A stretch of 64,000 nt of DNA from Candidatus Magasanikbacteria bacterium RIFOXYB2_FULL_38_10 (GCA_001783145.1 MFQT01000002.1:24941-88940); one strand, 5' to 3'; positions 10,391-22,321 are shown, numbered from the stretch's first letter. Numbers and translations are program-made. Notes: generated from the sequence alone by a model not told the origin.

Positions 10391-11491
10391 TTATTTATGA
10401 TTCATCTTTAAATAGGCTTCTATAAAACCCAACAAATCACCGTCCAAAACTTTATCCGGATCCTTAGATTCAAATTCTGTGCGATGATCCTTTACCAAAT
10501 GATAGGGGTGCAAAACATAACTTCTAATTTGATTGCTCCAAGCCGCCTCATGATACTCTCCGCGCAATTTAGAAAGTTCATCAGCGTGTTCCTCTTCCAT
10601 TTGAGCCGCCAGCTTGGCTTTTAAAATTCTCATGGCGGTTTCTTTATTCTGCTGTTGGCTTCTTTCATTCTGACAGGAGACAGTAATACCGGTGGGCAGA
10701 TGCACCATACGTACCGCACTGTAAGTGGTGTTAACCGATTGCCCGCCTTTGCCCGAAGACATAAAAGTATCAATACGCAAATCTTCCGGTTTGATTTCCA
10801 CCACCACTTTCTCATCAATTTCCGGCAAAACTTCTACTAAGGCAAAAGAAGTATGGCGCATTTTTTCTGCGTCATAAGGAGAAATGCGCACCAAACGATG
10901 TACGCCGTGCTCTGATTTTAAAAACCCATAGGCATAAGAGCCGCGTGCAACCAAAGTAATACTTTTAATACCCGCTTCTCCTCCCCGGCTTTCAGTTAAA
11001 ATTTGTGTTTTAAAGCCACGCTTCTCGCAAAAACGTAAATACATACGCAAGAGCATTTCGGCAAAATCCATAGCATCAACTCCGCCCGTTCCCGCGTGAA
11101 TAGATAAAAAAGCATTGCTTTTATCATGCAATCCGGAAAACAACAAACTAATTTCCGCTTCGGCAAACTGTTTTTGCAGATAAATCAGTTGTCTTTCTAA
11201 ATCTTCACGCAAACTAACCGTTTTGTCTTTAGCATCCAATTCTGCCATTTCCTGTAAATCCCGCGCTTGTGTTTCCAGGTCATGCCAAAAATCAAATTCC
11301 TTTTTTAATTCATCATATTTTTGAGTAATTTTCCCGGCTTCAAGGGCGTTAACCCAAAAATCAGAAGCGGACATTTGCATTTCCAAAACTCTCATTTCTT
11401 CTTGTTTTTTATCCAAATGCAAAATCTGCCGAGCTTCTTTAATCTTAGTCAGCAAATTTTGCAATTCAAAAATTACTTCTTTAATGGTCAT
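10391..11491 (-). CDS. prfB: Peptide chain release factor 2, continuous ORF without the programmed frameshift
   Basis: GVHRLVRISPY, GGQ, CQNERSQ, QIRSYV motifs. Confidence 0.95.
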   Translation of the reverse strand: MTIKEVIFELQNLLTKIKEARQILHLDKKQEEMRVLEMQMSASDFWVNALEAGKITQKYDELKKEFDFWHDLETQARDLQEMAELDAKDKTVSLREDLERQLIYLQKQFAEAEISLLFSGLHDKSNAFLSIHAGTGGVDAMDFAEMLLRMYLRFCEKRGFKTQILTESRGGEAGIKSITLVARGSYAYGFLKSEHGVHRLVRISPYDAEKMRHTSFALVEVLPEIDEKVVVEIKPEDLRIDTFMSSGKGGQSVNTTYSAVRMVHLPTGITVSCQNERSQQQNKETAMRILKAKLAAQMEEEHADELSKLRGEYHEAAWSNQIRSYVLHPYHLVKDHRTEFESKDPDKVLDGDLLGFIEAYLKMNHK

Positions 11492-11818
11492 CTAAATTTT
11501 TATCTTCTCCGCGTATTTGCCAATAATTGGTAGCTCATCCATCTTACCTTGATAGGCATTGGAGATTCCCACCACGGTTAAAATGATAGAAGCAATCCAC
11601 AGCACCAATCCCAATAAAGGAAACCAACCCAAAACCCATGTAACCAGCCATAAAAGACAGAGAACCAACCCCTGTTTGCCGTGAAACTTGGCATAAGGAC
11701 TGTTTTGTCTGCCGAGTAACGGCACCAAACACAACACCCCTAAATAACCGATAACGGCGATAATTTTATTATCCTCAAAATCTTTTTGCTCGGGAATTTT
11801 TTTGATTTGTGGTTCCAT
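11492..11818 (-). CDS. DUF4870-like small membrane protein
   Basis: YLGVLCLVPL...FHGKQGL...LPIIG pattern with hydrophobic helices. Confidence 0.75.
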   Translation of the reverse strand: MEPQIKKIPEQKDFEDNKIIAVIGYLGVLCLVPLLGRQNSPYAKFHGKQGLVLCLLWLVTWVLGWFPLLGLVLWIASIILTVVGISNAYQGKMDELPIIGKYAEKIKI

Positions 11819-11867
11819 AAAATTTAAAGTTATTTAATTTTCTTTAATTTATTATATCATTTTCACT

Positions 11868-11911
11868 TTAAATTTAAAAGCCGCATCTGTTGAAGCGGCT
11901 TTTAAATTTAA
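11868..11911 (-). terminator. Intrinsic terminator after groEL
   Basis: TAAATTTAAAAGCCGC-loop-GCGGCTTTTAAATTTA inverted repeat. Confidence 0.75.
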
Positions 11912-11939
11912 TCTACTTTATTAGGAGTCGGGTTTATTT

Positions 11940-13885
<1,946 letters not shown>

Positions 13886-13925
13886 AGTCTCTTGAATTAA
13901 TTATTAATAAGTTAATGGAGATAAT

Positions 13926-13952
13926 TTAGCACTCTAATTATTAGAGTGCTAA
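13926..13952. promoter_or_regulatory. CIRCE element (HrcA operator)
   Basis: Perfect TTAGCACTC-N9-GAGTGCTAA upstream of groES, downstream of a TTGACG-N17-TAAAAT promoter (minus strand, ~13968-13996). Confidence 0.97.
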
Positions 13953-14041
13953 GATCTACCTGTCTGTATTTTATAACAAAAAGAAAGAATCGTCAAGGGC
14001 CCGCAGACAGTGGCCCGCAGACACCTCCCAATCCCACTCTT

Positions 14042-16390
14042 TCATCCTTTAATTTTATCTACTAAATTATCTCTATAATAAGCACGGAGGCGGCAGATTT
14101 TGGAACAATTTTTAACTAAACAGCGTTTGTTTTCTAAATTGGCACTCCGCCACAATTCTTCTGGTGCCTTATCTTTCAAAGAAGCGAAAGTAATTCCGGT
14201 TTTATAGCAAAAAAACGGACGGCCCGCAGGATCAAAATTAAAAGTGCGATAAGCCAAGTGGCAAGGCCAAGCCACAGTTTTACCGGGATTTAAAAAATAT
14301 TCTTCAAAAGATAACAAATTTTTAACCGAGTTGGTAATTAAAGCGCCATTTCTTTTTTGTTTAATAAGCCAATTAAAAAAATCTTTTACGGCCTCTGGCT
14401 TTTGCGGCCATAAGGGATCATTTATAAACCAATTCTCCTGCGCGTAATCGCCCTTAAAATTTTCATCCAAAGCTTGGATGTTAACAAAAAAACCATTGGC
14501 CCGGGCAAAACTGACTAATTTTTTAGCATCTTCCCCTATATTTTTTTCATTGAGCAAGACCCCCAAACAAATTTTCATTTGGCTCCCCTGTCTTTGTTTG
14601 GCCTCGGCCAAATCAAGAATCGCTTCCTTGGCTTTTTCGTGAGCCCAAGGAATCTGCCGCAGGCTATTATGAATTGCCGGATCAAAACTGTATAAAGAAA
14701 TTCTAATTTCTTCAATTCCCGTAGCTACAATTTTGGCCGCCATTTCTTTATTAATCAAATAACCATTACTTTCCAAAATAACTCTAAAATCATTGATCTT
14801 TAAAAAATTTAAAATCTCCAGAATGTCCGGCCTAATCAAAGGCTCTCCTCCGCCCAGACTAATTAAATAGCCCGGACCAACCCATTTTCTTAAATCACTG
14901 ATGATTTTTTTCCATTCTACCGTGTTTAACTCATTTCTTTCCGCACATTTCCAGATATCACAGTGACTACACCTAAAATTGCAATTATAAGTGATGATTA
15001 AATCGCTACCCTTGGGTTTAGAAAGCGGGAAATTAAAAAAATAAGACAATTTTTCTAAAATAGAATTAAAGATTTTTTTAAAATAATTATTTTTCATAAA
15101 ATCAGACGGTTCACCCAAGACACCTTCTCCCCCAAAATTCCACACCCCCAATCCTAAAGCCAACAGCATCAAACCGCTAAAAGAACTCCATAAATAATGA
15201 TCAAACAAACTTAAAATTAAAAAAAACAATAAAATTTCTCCGCCTAATTTATTTTTCTTTAATAAAAAAAACAAAAAAATAATCAATAAAATAGTTCCTG
15301 TGATTCCTAGTTCTATAAAAACCAAAACTAAAGCATTGTGTACGGGCTGGTAACCGCTGGTTTTGTCAATTAAAGAAAACTTTTGAGCGGCAACCAGGGT
15401 ATAGTTTCCCAAACCCGTCCCCCAAAAGATATTATTTTTAAAAATTTGATAAGATTCCGTGTAGCCATTTAATCTTTGGATTTTAGACCACTCTTCCAGT
15501 TGTCCGGTAACTTCTACCCTATTTCTTAAAAGAGGCAGAAAGATTACAGAAAGAAGCGCTAAAAAAATTAAACTAAAACTGAAATTCAAAATTAAACGCC
15601 GACGGATAAAAGGAGAAAAATTTTTTTTTATCACTCTAAAAAACCAAAAAAATAAAGACACGGCCAGGGCCAGCCAGGCCGAGCGGGAAAAAGAAAAAAA
15701 TAAAGCGGCAAGAAAAATAAAATTAAAAAATAATATTCCGGCACCACTTTTTTTAAATACCCCGACAACATCATTCCTTTCTTTAATTAAAAGAAAACAG
15801 ATTATTAGGCCAAGTGCCAGGAAAGCGCCCAGAGCATTGGGGTGGGTAAAAGTACCATAGGCTCTAAGCCAGCGTCCGCCATTTTCTAAAACTGCCGTGC
15901 CTAAAGTTCCGGAATGATGCACAGTTAAACCCAAATAGCGGCTGGCAAAAGTATTTTGAGATAAAAATTGATAGATGCCCAAAAAGGCCGCCGGAAGTAG
16001 ACCTAAGACAAAACAATAAGCGGCTTTTAAATTATTAATAGCTCCACTACTGAGCAAAATAAAGAAAGCCCCAGCTTCTAAAAGATGCAAAGCTTGTTGA
16101 AAAAAAACCAATTTATCACCGGAAACAATACCGGAAACAAATAATAAAATTGCCAAAGCTGAAATTGGTACTCGATTATTTTTTAAAAAACCTAACCAAT
16201 TATTTTTTTTCCTCTTATTTAAAATTCCTGCCAACAAAATCAACCACAACAAAACTTCCTCGGCATAAATGCCTATAATGCCATACTCCCAAACAGCCCC
16301 ATTTAAAAAACCGCGGCGCAAAATGAGCCTGGTTTGCCAAGGCAGTAAAAATATAAAAAGATAAATTAAAAAATTATAGAGCTTGGTCAT
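14042..16390 (-). CDS. O-antigen ligase (Wzy_C)-like membrane domain fused to a radical SAM domain
   Basis: RAYGTFTHPN, SFSRSAW, GTGLGNY, PVHN in the N-half; CNFRCSHC, GGEPL and a C-terminal Cys cluster in the C-half. Confidence 0.85.
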   Translation of the reverse strand: MTKLYNFLIYLFIFLLPWQTRLILRRGFLNGAVWEYGIIGIYAEEVLLWLILLAGILNKRKKNNWLGFLKNNRVPISALAILLFVSGIVSGDKLVFFQQALHLLEAGAFFILLSSGAINNLKAAYCFVLGLLPAAFLGIYQFLSQNTFASRYLGLTVHHSGTLGTAVLENGGRWLRAYGTFTHPNALGAFLALGLIICFLLIKERNDVVGVFKKSGAGILFFNFIFLAALFFSFSRSAWLALAVSLFFWFFRVIKKNFSPFIRRRLILNFSFSLIFLALLSVIFLPLLRNRVEVTGQLEEWSKIQRLNGYTESYQIFKNNIFWGTGLGNYTLVAAQKFSLIDKTSGYQPVHNALVLVFIELGITGTILLIIFLFFLLKKNKLGGEILLFFLILSLFDHYLWSSFSGLMLLALGLGVWNFGGEGVLGEPSDFMKNNYFKKIFNSILEKLSYFFNFPLSKPKGSDLIITYNCNFRCSHCDIWKCAERNELNTVEWKKIISDLRKWVGPGYLISLGGGEPLIRPDILEILNFLKINDFRVILESNGYLINKEMAAKIVATGIEEIRISLYSFDPAIHNSLRQIPWAHEKAKEAILDLAEAKQRQGSQMKICLGVLLNEKNIGEDAKKLVSFARANGFFVNIQALDENFKGDYAQENWFINDPLWPQKPEAVKDFFNWLIKQKRNGALITNSVKNLLSFEEYFLNPGKTVAWPCHLAYRTFNFDPAGRPFFCYKTGITFASLKDKAPEELWRSANLENKRCLVKNCSKICRLRAYYRDNLVDKIKG

Positions 16391-16425
16391 TTAGTTAAAA
16401 TTGCTTTTTGAACACGCCGGATAAT

Positions 16426-17406
16426 TTATTCTACCCCGGAGGAAAATTTTTCTTGCCACAAATTATAATACCCTTCTCTTTTATCCGGGGTATGAAATTT
16501 TAAAAATCCTTCCTTAATTACAATATCATTTTTATTATGCCTCTTCCAACTCAGTCTACTGTTAATTTTTTCCATTTGTACTAGGCGTAAAAAATTCTCT
16601 AAAATACTCCCTAATTCTCCCGCCAAAAAATACTCTGCCAAGCTTCCAATCTTTCTTAACCAAGAATCTTCTTTAATTAAACGATAATCACAAGTCCTGC
16701 CCTCCTCATTCCAATTGGCTAAATTTTCTTTAATCCAAAAATTATCTTGCCAAAATTTTTCTAAAGTTTTATTGCGATTAACTAAAGGAATAAGAGAAGC
16801 AATCCAGTAATGCAAATAAACATCAATTTTATTAGGCAAGGTTAAAGCCTGTAAATTTAAATGATTCGTGTCAACAAAAAAACTTAAACAAATACGATTA
16901 GTCATTTTACTTTTAAAAGTACGCAAACCAAAAAGACGTAAGAATAAATTAGCTAAAAAACGCACAATCCAAACATGGCCGCGATTAGCCACAATAAAAA
17001 AATCAATATCACTTTCTTCCCTACTGGTGCCAAAGGCCAAACTATTGCACACGGCCACTAATTTAATAAAAGGCACCAAATTTAAAATTGTTGCGGCTTT
17101 TTGAGCAATTTGCCATTTGGGCAATTCCCAAAAAATTTTTTGAAGACGACGGGAAACCAACGACTCGTCTGGAGACAAAAAAAAGAAACCGTTGGTAGTT
17201 CCTACGGCTCCTTTTTTTATAAGAACATCCAAATCTTTTCTTAATTGAGACAAGTCTGTTTTGGCGGAACAAAAGAGATTCTCCTTAAGCTCTAACAAAG
17301 TAAGGGGTTGTTGAAAAATGGAAAAAAAAGACAGGGTTTTAATAATTGGCAGCTGTTGATTCATAAAAAGCGCTGTTCTTTTCTTCTGCTTTTTCTTCAC
17401 CGACAT
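16426..17406 (-). CDS. Nucleotidyltransferase-fold hypothetical protein (likely start at MNQQL)
   Basis: NSLAFG...SDIDFFIV pol-beta-like motif. Confidence 0.65.
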   Translation of the reverse strand: MSVKKKQKKRTALFMNQQLPIIKTLSFFSIFQQPLTLLELKENLFCSAKTDLSQLRKDLDVLIKKGAVGTTNGFFFLSPDESLVSRRLQKIFWELPKWQIAQKAATILNLVPFIKLVAVCNSLAFGTSREESDIDFFIVANRGHVWIVRFLANLFLRLFGLRTFKSKMTNRICLSFFVDTNHLNLQALTLPNKIDVYLHYWIASLIPLVNRNKTLEKFWQDNFWIKENLANWNEEGRTCDYRLIKEDSWLRKIGSLAEYFLAGELGSILENFLRLVQMEKINSRLSWKRHNKNDIVIKEGFLKFHTPDKREGYYNLWQEKFSSGVE

Positions 17407-17626
17407 TATCTTCCACTATCATCTTTTCTGGAGTAAGAGAAATAACCTGACTACGATGAATAATTAAAGGCTCTTGCAAACGTCCCAAAATTTGACCCTT
17501 TTGAACAAAGTAGCGCAAAACACTTTGACTGTCCGTATCTAATTCCAAATCAACTATAATACCCAATTTAATTTTGTTCTTGGTAAAAACCGGCAAATTT
17601 TTAATTTGTGGTAATGAGAGTAACAT
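17339..17626 (-). CDS. PRC-barrel domain protein
   Basis: LPVFTKNKIKLGIIVDLELD...LIIHRSQVISL pattern. Confidence 0.65.
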   Translation of the reverse strand: MLLSLPQIKNLPVFTKNKIKLGIIVDLELDTDSQSVLRYFVQKGQILGRLQEPLIIHRSQVISLTPEKMIVEDNVGEEKAEEKNSAFYESTAANY

Positions 17627-18335
17627 CTTTTTTCTTAAAGACAATTATTTGTTGCAAAACGGTTAAAAGCGTGGTGACGAGCCAATACAAAGTAAGACCG
17701 GCAGGGAGACCAGCGCCAATAAAAACAGTCATAAGCGGCATCATATATAGCATTTGTTTATTCATCATAGCGGCCATACCTTCGTCTTTGCTGCCCGTTC
17801 CTTTAACAACAGGCGGTTGCATCGGCAACATTTTAGTTTGCCAAAATTGCGCGGCGCCGGCCAGTACGGCCAAAATAATATTGGCGTGGCTTAAATCTAA
17901 AAAGCCAAAAGCCAAAGTTTTTATGGTGCCGGGGTTATGGACAAAAGGGTAAAGCAGTTCAAAATTTTGCGATTTTAACCCGGCACTCAATACCCAATAA
18001 AAACCAATCAGAATTGGCAGTTGAATAATCAAGGGCAGACAAGAAGCAAAAGGGTTGATCTTTTCTGTTTTATACAATTCCATCGTAGCTTGCGCCAATT
18101 TTTGTTTATCATTTTTGTACTGTTCTTTTAAAGCATTAATTTTGGGCTGAAGGCCTTGCATTGATTTTTGCGCCCGGATGGATTTATTGGACAACGGCCA
18201 CAAAATTACACGAATTAAAGCCGTAATGATAATAATAGCTACACCAAAATCATGACCGGGAATTACATTGTAAAGAAAAATCAAAATGTTAAAAATTGGC
18301 TGATAAATGATTGAATGGAATAAAGAAGAAAGCAT
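17601..18335 (-). CDS. yidC: Membrane protein insertase YidC (short form)
   Basis: NPFASCLPLIIQLPIL, GLTLYW motifs. Confidence 0.95.
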   Translation of the reverse strand: MLSSLFHSIIYQPIFNILIFLYNVIPGHDFGVAIIIITALIRVILWPLSNKSIRAQKSMQGLQPKINALKEQYKNDKQKLAQATMELYKTEKINPFASCLPLIIQLPILIGFYWVLSAGLKSQNFELLYPFVHNPGTIKTLAFGFLDLSHANIILAVLAGAAQFWQTKMLPMQPPVVKGTGSKDEGMAAMMNKQMLYMMPLMTVFIGAGLPAGLTLYWLVTTLLTVLQQIIVFKKKDVTLITTN

Positions 18336-18356
18336 AAAATAAATAAATTATGTTAA

Positions 18357-19661
18357 TTATTCCGCGACTTCTTTTGCTTCTGTCTCTTCTGCTTTTTCTT
18401 CTGTCGGAGAACTTTCTTTAGCGTCGGCCTCTTTTAAATTTTTTTCGGACTCCTTTTCTGACACAATTTCTTCTATTGGCACATCTTCTGCTACAACTTC
18501 TTCAGCCGGAGCTTCTGCGCCAACTTGCTCCACAATCACTTGCCAGCCGGTTAATTTGGAAGACAAGCGAACATTCTGTCCGCCGCGACCAATAGCCAAG
18601 GAATACTGATCGGGAGTCACTTTTACCAAAGCGGATTTTTCCGCTTCATTTAATTCCACGGACAAAAATTTAGCCGGCGATAAAGAATTGCCGATAAAAT
18701 TGCCGGTATTATCATCATACAAAACAATATCAACTTTTTCTCCGCCCAATTCCGCAATAATAGTTTGAATTCTAGCGCCGCGCTGGCCGATGCAAGAGCC
18801 AATCGGATCAATATTTTCTTCTTTGGTGTAAACCGCTACTTTGGAACGAGAGCCGGCCTCGCGCGCTACGCCTTTAATTTCCACTACGCCACTGGCAATT
18901 TCCGGAATTTCCATTTCAAAAATCTTTTTAACCATTTCCGAAGTAGCGCGAGAAACTTTAATTTCCGGTCCGCGTACAGACATATTCACTGACAAAACAT
19001 AAACCTTGATGCGATTGCCCGGGTTGTATCTTTCACCAGTCACCTGCTCTTCTGGAGGTAAAACGCCGTTGGCCTGACCCAAATCTATAATGACATTGCG
19101 TCCTTCACGACGACCTACCGTACCAATTACAATTTCTCCTTCGCGTCCTTTAAACTCACCAAAAATATTTTCTCTTTCGGCTTCGCGCAACTTTTGAATA
19201 ATCACTTGCTTGGCGGTTTGCGCAGCCATGCGGCCAAAAGCCGCCGGAATTCCCAAAGGCCTTCTGATTACCTCATCCAATTTGGCTTTAGGATATTCTT
19301 TTTTAGCCTCGCTAATCATCCATTCGGTCTTAGGATTAAAACGTTTAACCGGCTCCATTTCGGGAATCGGCTCGCCCTTATCTTCTGCTTCTTTAACTTT
19401 GGCGGCATAGTCTTCTTTTAATTTTTCTATTTCTGCGGCCTCCGCTTCCAAATCCACATCGGCCACCGCTGTTTTTACATCAAAAGCCTTCATTTCACCG
19501 GTTTCAGGATTAAATTCCACTTGGACATTTTGATTTTTTTCGCCGAAATCCTTGCGATAAGCGGCAGCCAGAGCCGCTTGGATAGTATCTAAAACCGCTT
19601 CATAAGAAATTTTTTTCTCGTCGCAAATTTGTTTGATAGCCTGGGCAATAGGTGAAGACAT
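18357..19661 (-). CDS. nusA: Transcription termination/antitermination factor NusA
   Basis: FGRMAAQTAKQ, S1 and KH domains, AREAGSRSK, AIGRGGQNVRL. Confidence 0.97.
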   Translation of the reverse strand: MSSPIAQAIKQICDEKKISYEAVLDTIQAALAAAYRKDFGEKNQNVQVEFNPETGEMKAFDVKTAVADVDLEAEAAEIEKLKEDYAAKVKEAEDKGEPIPEMEPVKRFNPKTEWMISEAKKEYPKAKLDEVIRRPLGIPAAFGRMAAQTAKQVIIQKLREAERENIFGEFKGREGEIVIGTVGRREGRNVIIDLGQANGVLPPEEQVTGERYNPGNRIKVYVLSVNMSVRGPEIKVSRATSEMVKKIFEMEIPEIASGVVEIKGVAREAGSRSKVAVYTKEENIDPIGSCIGQRGARIQTIIAELGGEKVDIVLYDDNTGNFIGNSLSPAKFLSVELNEAEKSALVKVTPDQYSLAIGRGGQNVRLSSKLTGWQVIVEQVGAEAPAEEVVAEDVPIEEIVSEKESEKNLKEADAKESSPTEEKAEETEAKEVAE

Positions 19662-19804
19662 AAATGATAGATAGGCCAAAAAGGCCTTTAAATTATTTAT
19701 TTAAGTATATCTTAAATTTGATTTAAAAAAAAGACTAGTTTAATGATTAAACTAGTTTCTAAAGATATTATAGCAAATTCCGGCCTGTCTGTCAATAGTT
19801 GTAT

Positions 19805-20164
19805 CTAAAATACAATATTTTCTATCAATCTTACCCTGGCTTTTTGGGCCTTTAAATTTAAAACTACAGCTAAAGAGTCAAATTGGCAGGCAACCTCGGC
19901 TAAATTGTGTAAAAGCAAAAAACTTCGCGCCGCGCCTTGCAAACGCCGCATTTTAAAATAACTAATAGCTTCTTCCGGTTCCCCACTGCCTAAACCCGTC
20001 CTAGTTTTCACTTCCACAAAATGAATCACCCCTCCCTTTTGAGCAATAATATCCAACTCACCATAACGCGTGCGCCAATTACGGTCCAAAATTTTAAAAC
20101 CCCTGCCAACTAAAAATCTGGCCGCTAAATTTTCTCCATAGCGCCCAATTTTTTGAGTATACAT
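19805..20164 (-). CDS. yraN: YraN family endonuclease-like protein
   Basis: GENLAA, RNWRTRYGELDII, FVEVKTR. Confidence 0.9.
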   Translation of the reverse strand: MYTQKIGRYGENLAARFLVGRGFKILDRNWRTRYGELDIIAQKGGVIHFVEVKTRTGLGSGEPEEAISYFKMRRLQGAARSFLLLHNLAEVACQFDSLAVVLNLKAQKARVRLIENIVF

Positions 20165-20181
20165 AATCCCCCTTATTATTT

Positions 20182-20589
20182 TTACGGCAAATATTTATTT
20201 AATCTTTCTTTTTCCAACTTTTCCGCCATTCGTTTAGGTACAATCTTTAAAAAATATTTAACAATAAACACCAGCCAGACAACCAAACCGATAATCCACA
20301 ATCCCAGCATAAAACGACGCGATAAAATAGGTGTAAATTCATAACGGAAAAAAACAATAATTAAACCCCACACTCCCATCCACCCCAGCAACCTAGAAAT
20401 TTTTTTAAGACCACGGCGCGCAAAAACATCGTAGTGCGGACTTTGTGATAAAACTTTTAAAATAATAGCGGCCAGCAAAAACAAACCAAAAATAATTAAC
20501 ATAACCCAAAAAGCCGCCGAGCCAAGCAAGGGAGTTTGGCTAAACCAATAAGAGAGAGAAAAAATATTTTTGATAGAATACATAAACAA
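20182..20589 (-). CDS. Hypothetical membrane protein (3 TM)
   Basis: Hydrophobic helices, C-terminal KYLP, co-oriented with neighbours. Confidence 0.7.
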   Translation of the reverse strand: MFMYSIKNIFSLSYWFSQTPLLGSAAFWVMLIIFGLFLLAAIILKVLSQSPHYDVFARRGLKKISRLLGWMGVWGLIIVFFRYEFTPILSRRFMLGLWIIGLVVWLVFIVKYFLKIVPKRMAEKLEKERLNKYLP

Positions 20590-20598
20590 TAATTGAAA

Positions 20599-21153
20599 TT
20601 ATTTTTCAAAAATTAAACCGTAATGATATTTACCGGCAGAAAATCTTTCTTTTAACGCTAGACCCAAATCATCAGCTGTCTTTTCCACCCAAAAAGGATC
20701 AACTCGTCCTTCTACCGGCGGACCAAAAGGTGCATCGGTTAACATCCAATCCACCACCATCAGCCGACCACCAATTTTTAGTAGCCGCCGCGCTTCCTTT
20801 AAAATGGCGACTCTGTCTTTATTTTGAAACAAAGTATTGATTAAAAACGCCGCATCAACAGCTTCACTTTGTATTTTAGCCGCTCCTAAGCGTTCCAAAT
20901 CGCTCCACACTCCAACAATATTTTCAAAATGTTCCAGTTCAGCGCGTTTTTCTATATTCTCCAAAACCGAGCGCTGAATGTCTACAGCATAAACCCGACC
21001 TTCTTTGCCCACCATTTTAACAGCGGGAAAAACAAAATGTCCCACAGCGCCGCACCCCAAATCAGCCACGATCATTTTTTCTTTAAGCCCTAATTTTTGT
21101 AAAACAAAATTGGGATCAATTAACTTACTGCCGCCGGATGATTCTAAAATCAT
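20599..21153 (-). CDS. Class I SAM-dependent methyltransferase
   Basis: VADLGCG, VYAVDI, LKIGGRLMVVDW. Confidence 0.88.
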   Translation of the reverse strand: MILESSGGSKLIDPNFVLQKLGLKEKMIVADLGCGAVGHFVFPAVKMVGKEGRVYAVDIQRSVLENIEKRAELEHFENIVGVWSDLERLGAAKIQSEAVDAAFLINTLFQNKDRVAILKEARRLLKIGGRLMVVDWMLTDAPFGPPVEGRVDPFWVEKTADDLGLALKERFSAGKYHYGLIFEK

Positions 21154-21208
21154 ATAATTAAATTATGATTGAAAATCCTTTGGGCTAAGCCCTAGGGTGA
21201 TACAAATG

Positions 21209-21457
21209 CTAATTAGAAAACCCTCTGAATAAACCACCAAAAAGCCCCAAAACAATTCCACCCAAAGCACCGGAAACACCCAATAAAGAAATAATAATGA
21301 TACCGAGACCGAATAATTTGTAAAAAGTGCGAGTACCGCCGGAGGAACCAAATTTTTCCTCAGCCCAATCAATTAAGCCAAAATTAGTAATGAACCATTC
21401 TGTATACATGATAAAAATTGCACCAATGGGTAAACCTAAAATCCAAAAAATTCTCAT
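21209..21457 (-). CDS. Small membrane protein (82 aa)
   Basis: MRIFWILGL...WAEEKFGSSGGTRTFYKL; the track's longer start overlaps tRNA-Leu. Confidence 0.7.
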   Translation of the reverse strand: MRIFWILGLPIGAIFIMYTEWFITNFGLIDWAEEKFGSSGGTRTFYKLFGLGIIIISLLGVSGALGGIVLGLFGGLFRGFSN

Positions 21458-21465
21458 AAATATAT

Positions 21466-21551
21466 TGGTGCGCGAGAGAGGACTTGAACCTCCACGGGGT
21501 CGCCCCCACAGCCACCTCAAGGCTGCGTGTATACCATTTCACCACTCGCGC
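21466..21551 (-). tRNA. tRNA-Leu(GAG)
   Basis: GCGCGAG acceptor stem, anticodon loop TTGAGGT, long variable arm, GGTTCAAGT, encoded CCA. Confidence 0.95.
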
Positions 21552-21604
21552 GCAGGTTGTAATTCTTTAAGCCTATAATAACAAAAAAATAAATTCTGGT
21601 CAAT

Positions 21605-21632
21605 AAAAACAACCGGCGTTGGTGCCGGTTGT
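21605..21632 (-). terminator. Intrinsic terminator of the 21660-22268 unit
   Basis: ACAACCGGC-loop-GCCGGTTGT followed by T-tract on the minus strand. Confidence 0.75.
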
Positions 21633-21659
21633 AAGGTGACTGATTAAACAATCAAGGTA

Positions 21660-22268
21660 CTAAAGAGAAAATCGGGAGAACCACCGCAAAAAAGCCCGGC
21701 TGGAAAAAACATAACTGGCATACTGCCCTCTTTTTTCCTTAGCGCTAGGTTGACCGGACTTTAAAACATGAACCATGCAGAGAACCCGCCAATTGGGGTG
21801 CAATTCCTTAAGATACTGTTTGGCTCTGACAATCCACTGCATTTGTTCAACAATATTCAACCTATAAGCCGTGGCGGCGGCACAGGGCGTATGAGCGTAA
21901 ATCAAAATCAACGGCCGGGCGCCATTGCCATCAAGATTCTTAAAATGAACACCTCCTTCAATACTATCAAGCAAAGTAAGATGTTGGCGCAAATGAGGCT
22001 TAATCAAAGGAGATTCGGGATGCAAAAGCAACCCGCCGCCGTTCAAGGACGGATCATGAAAAACGCATTCATCCATAGCCACATCACCGGCAGTCTGAGC
22101 CAGATTATAGTGGTGCAAAAGCAATTCCAGTTTGCGTGATCCATCCGCACAGTCAACAATCACCATGCGTCCGGGATCTTGACTTTTAACAACGTCAAAA
22201 TTCCGCAAAATGACATCTTGGCGCAGTTGTTCAACCAAACGCAGATCAACTAAAGACGTTTCTGCCAT
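21660..22268 (-). CDS. Divergent beta-carbonic-anhydrase-like protein (stand-alone unit)
   Basis: DCADG ... HTPCAAA fits CxD...HxxC Zn ligands; GGAG SD. Confidence 0.55.
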   Translation of the reverse strand: MAETSLVDLRLVEQLRQDVILRNFDVVKSQDPGRMVIVDCADGSRKLELLLHHYNLAQTAGDVAMDECVFHDPSLNGGGLLLHPESPLIKPHLRQHLTLLDSIEGGVHFKNLDGNGARPLILIYAHTPCAAATAYRLNIVEQMQWIVRAKQYLKELHPNWRVLCMVHVLKSGQPSAKEKRGQYASYVFSSRAFLRWFSRFSL

Positions 22269-22321
22269 TTTTAAGACTCCAATTAAAAGGTAAAAGGAAC
22301 AACATTCAACAACAGAACAAT

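Noticed and set aside
13998-14023. 12-bp direct repeat GGCCCGCAGACA x2 upstream of the groES -35 box
   Set aside because: There are only two copies with no other occurrence noticed, and CIRCE already explains the regulation.
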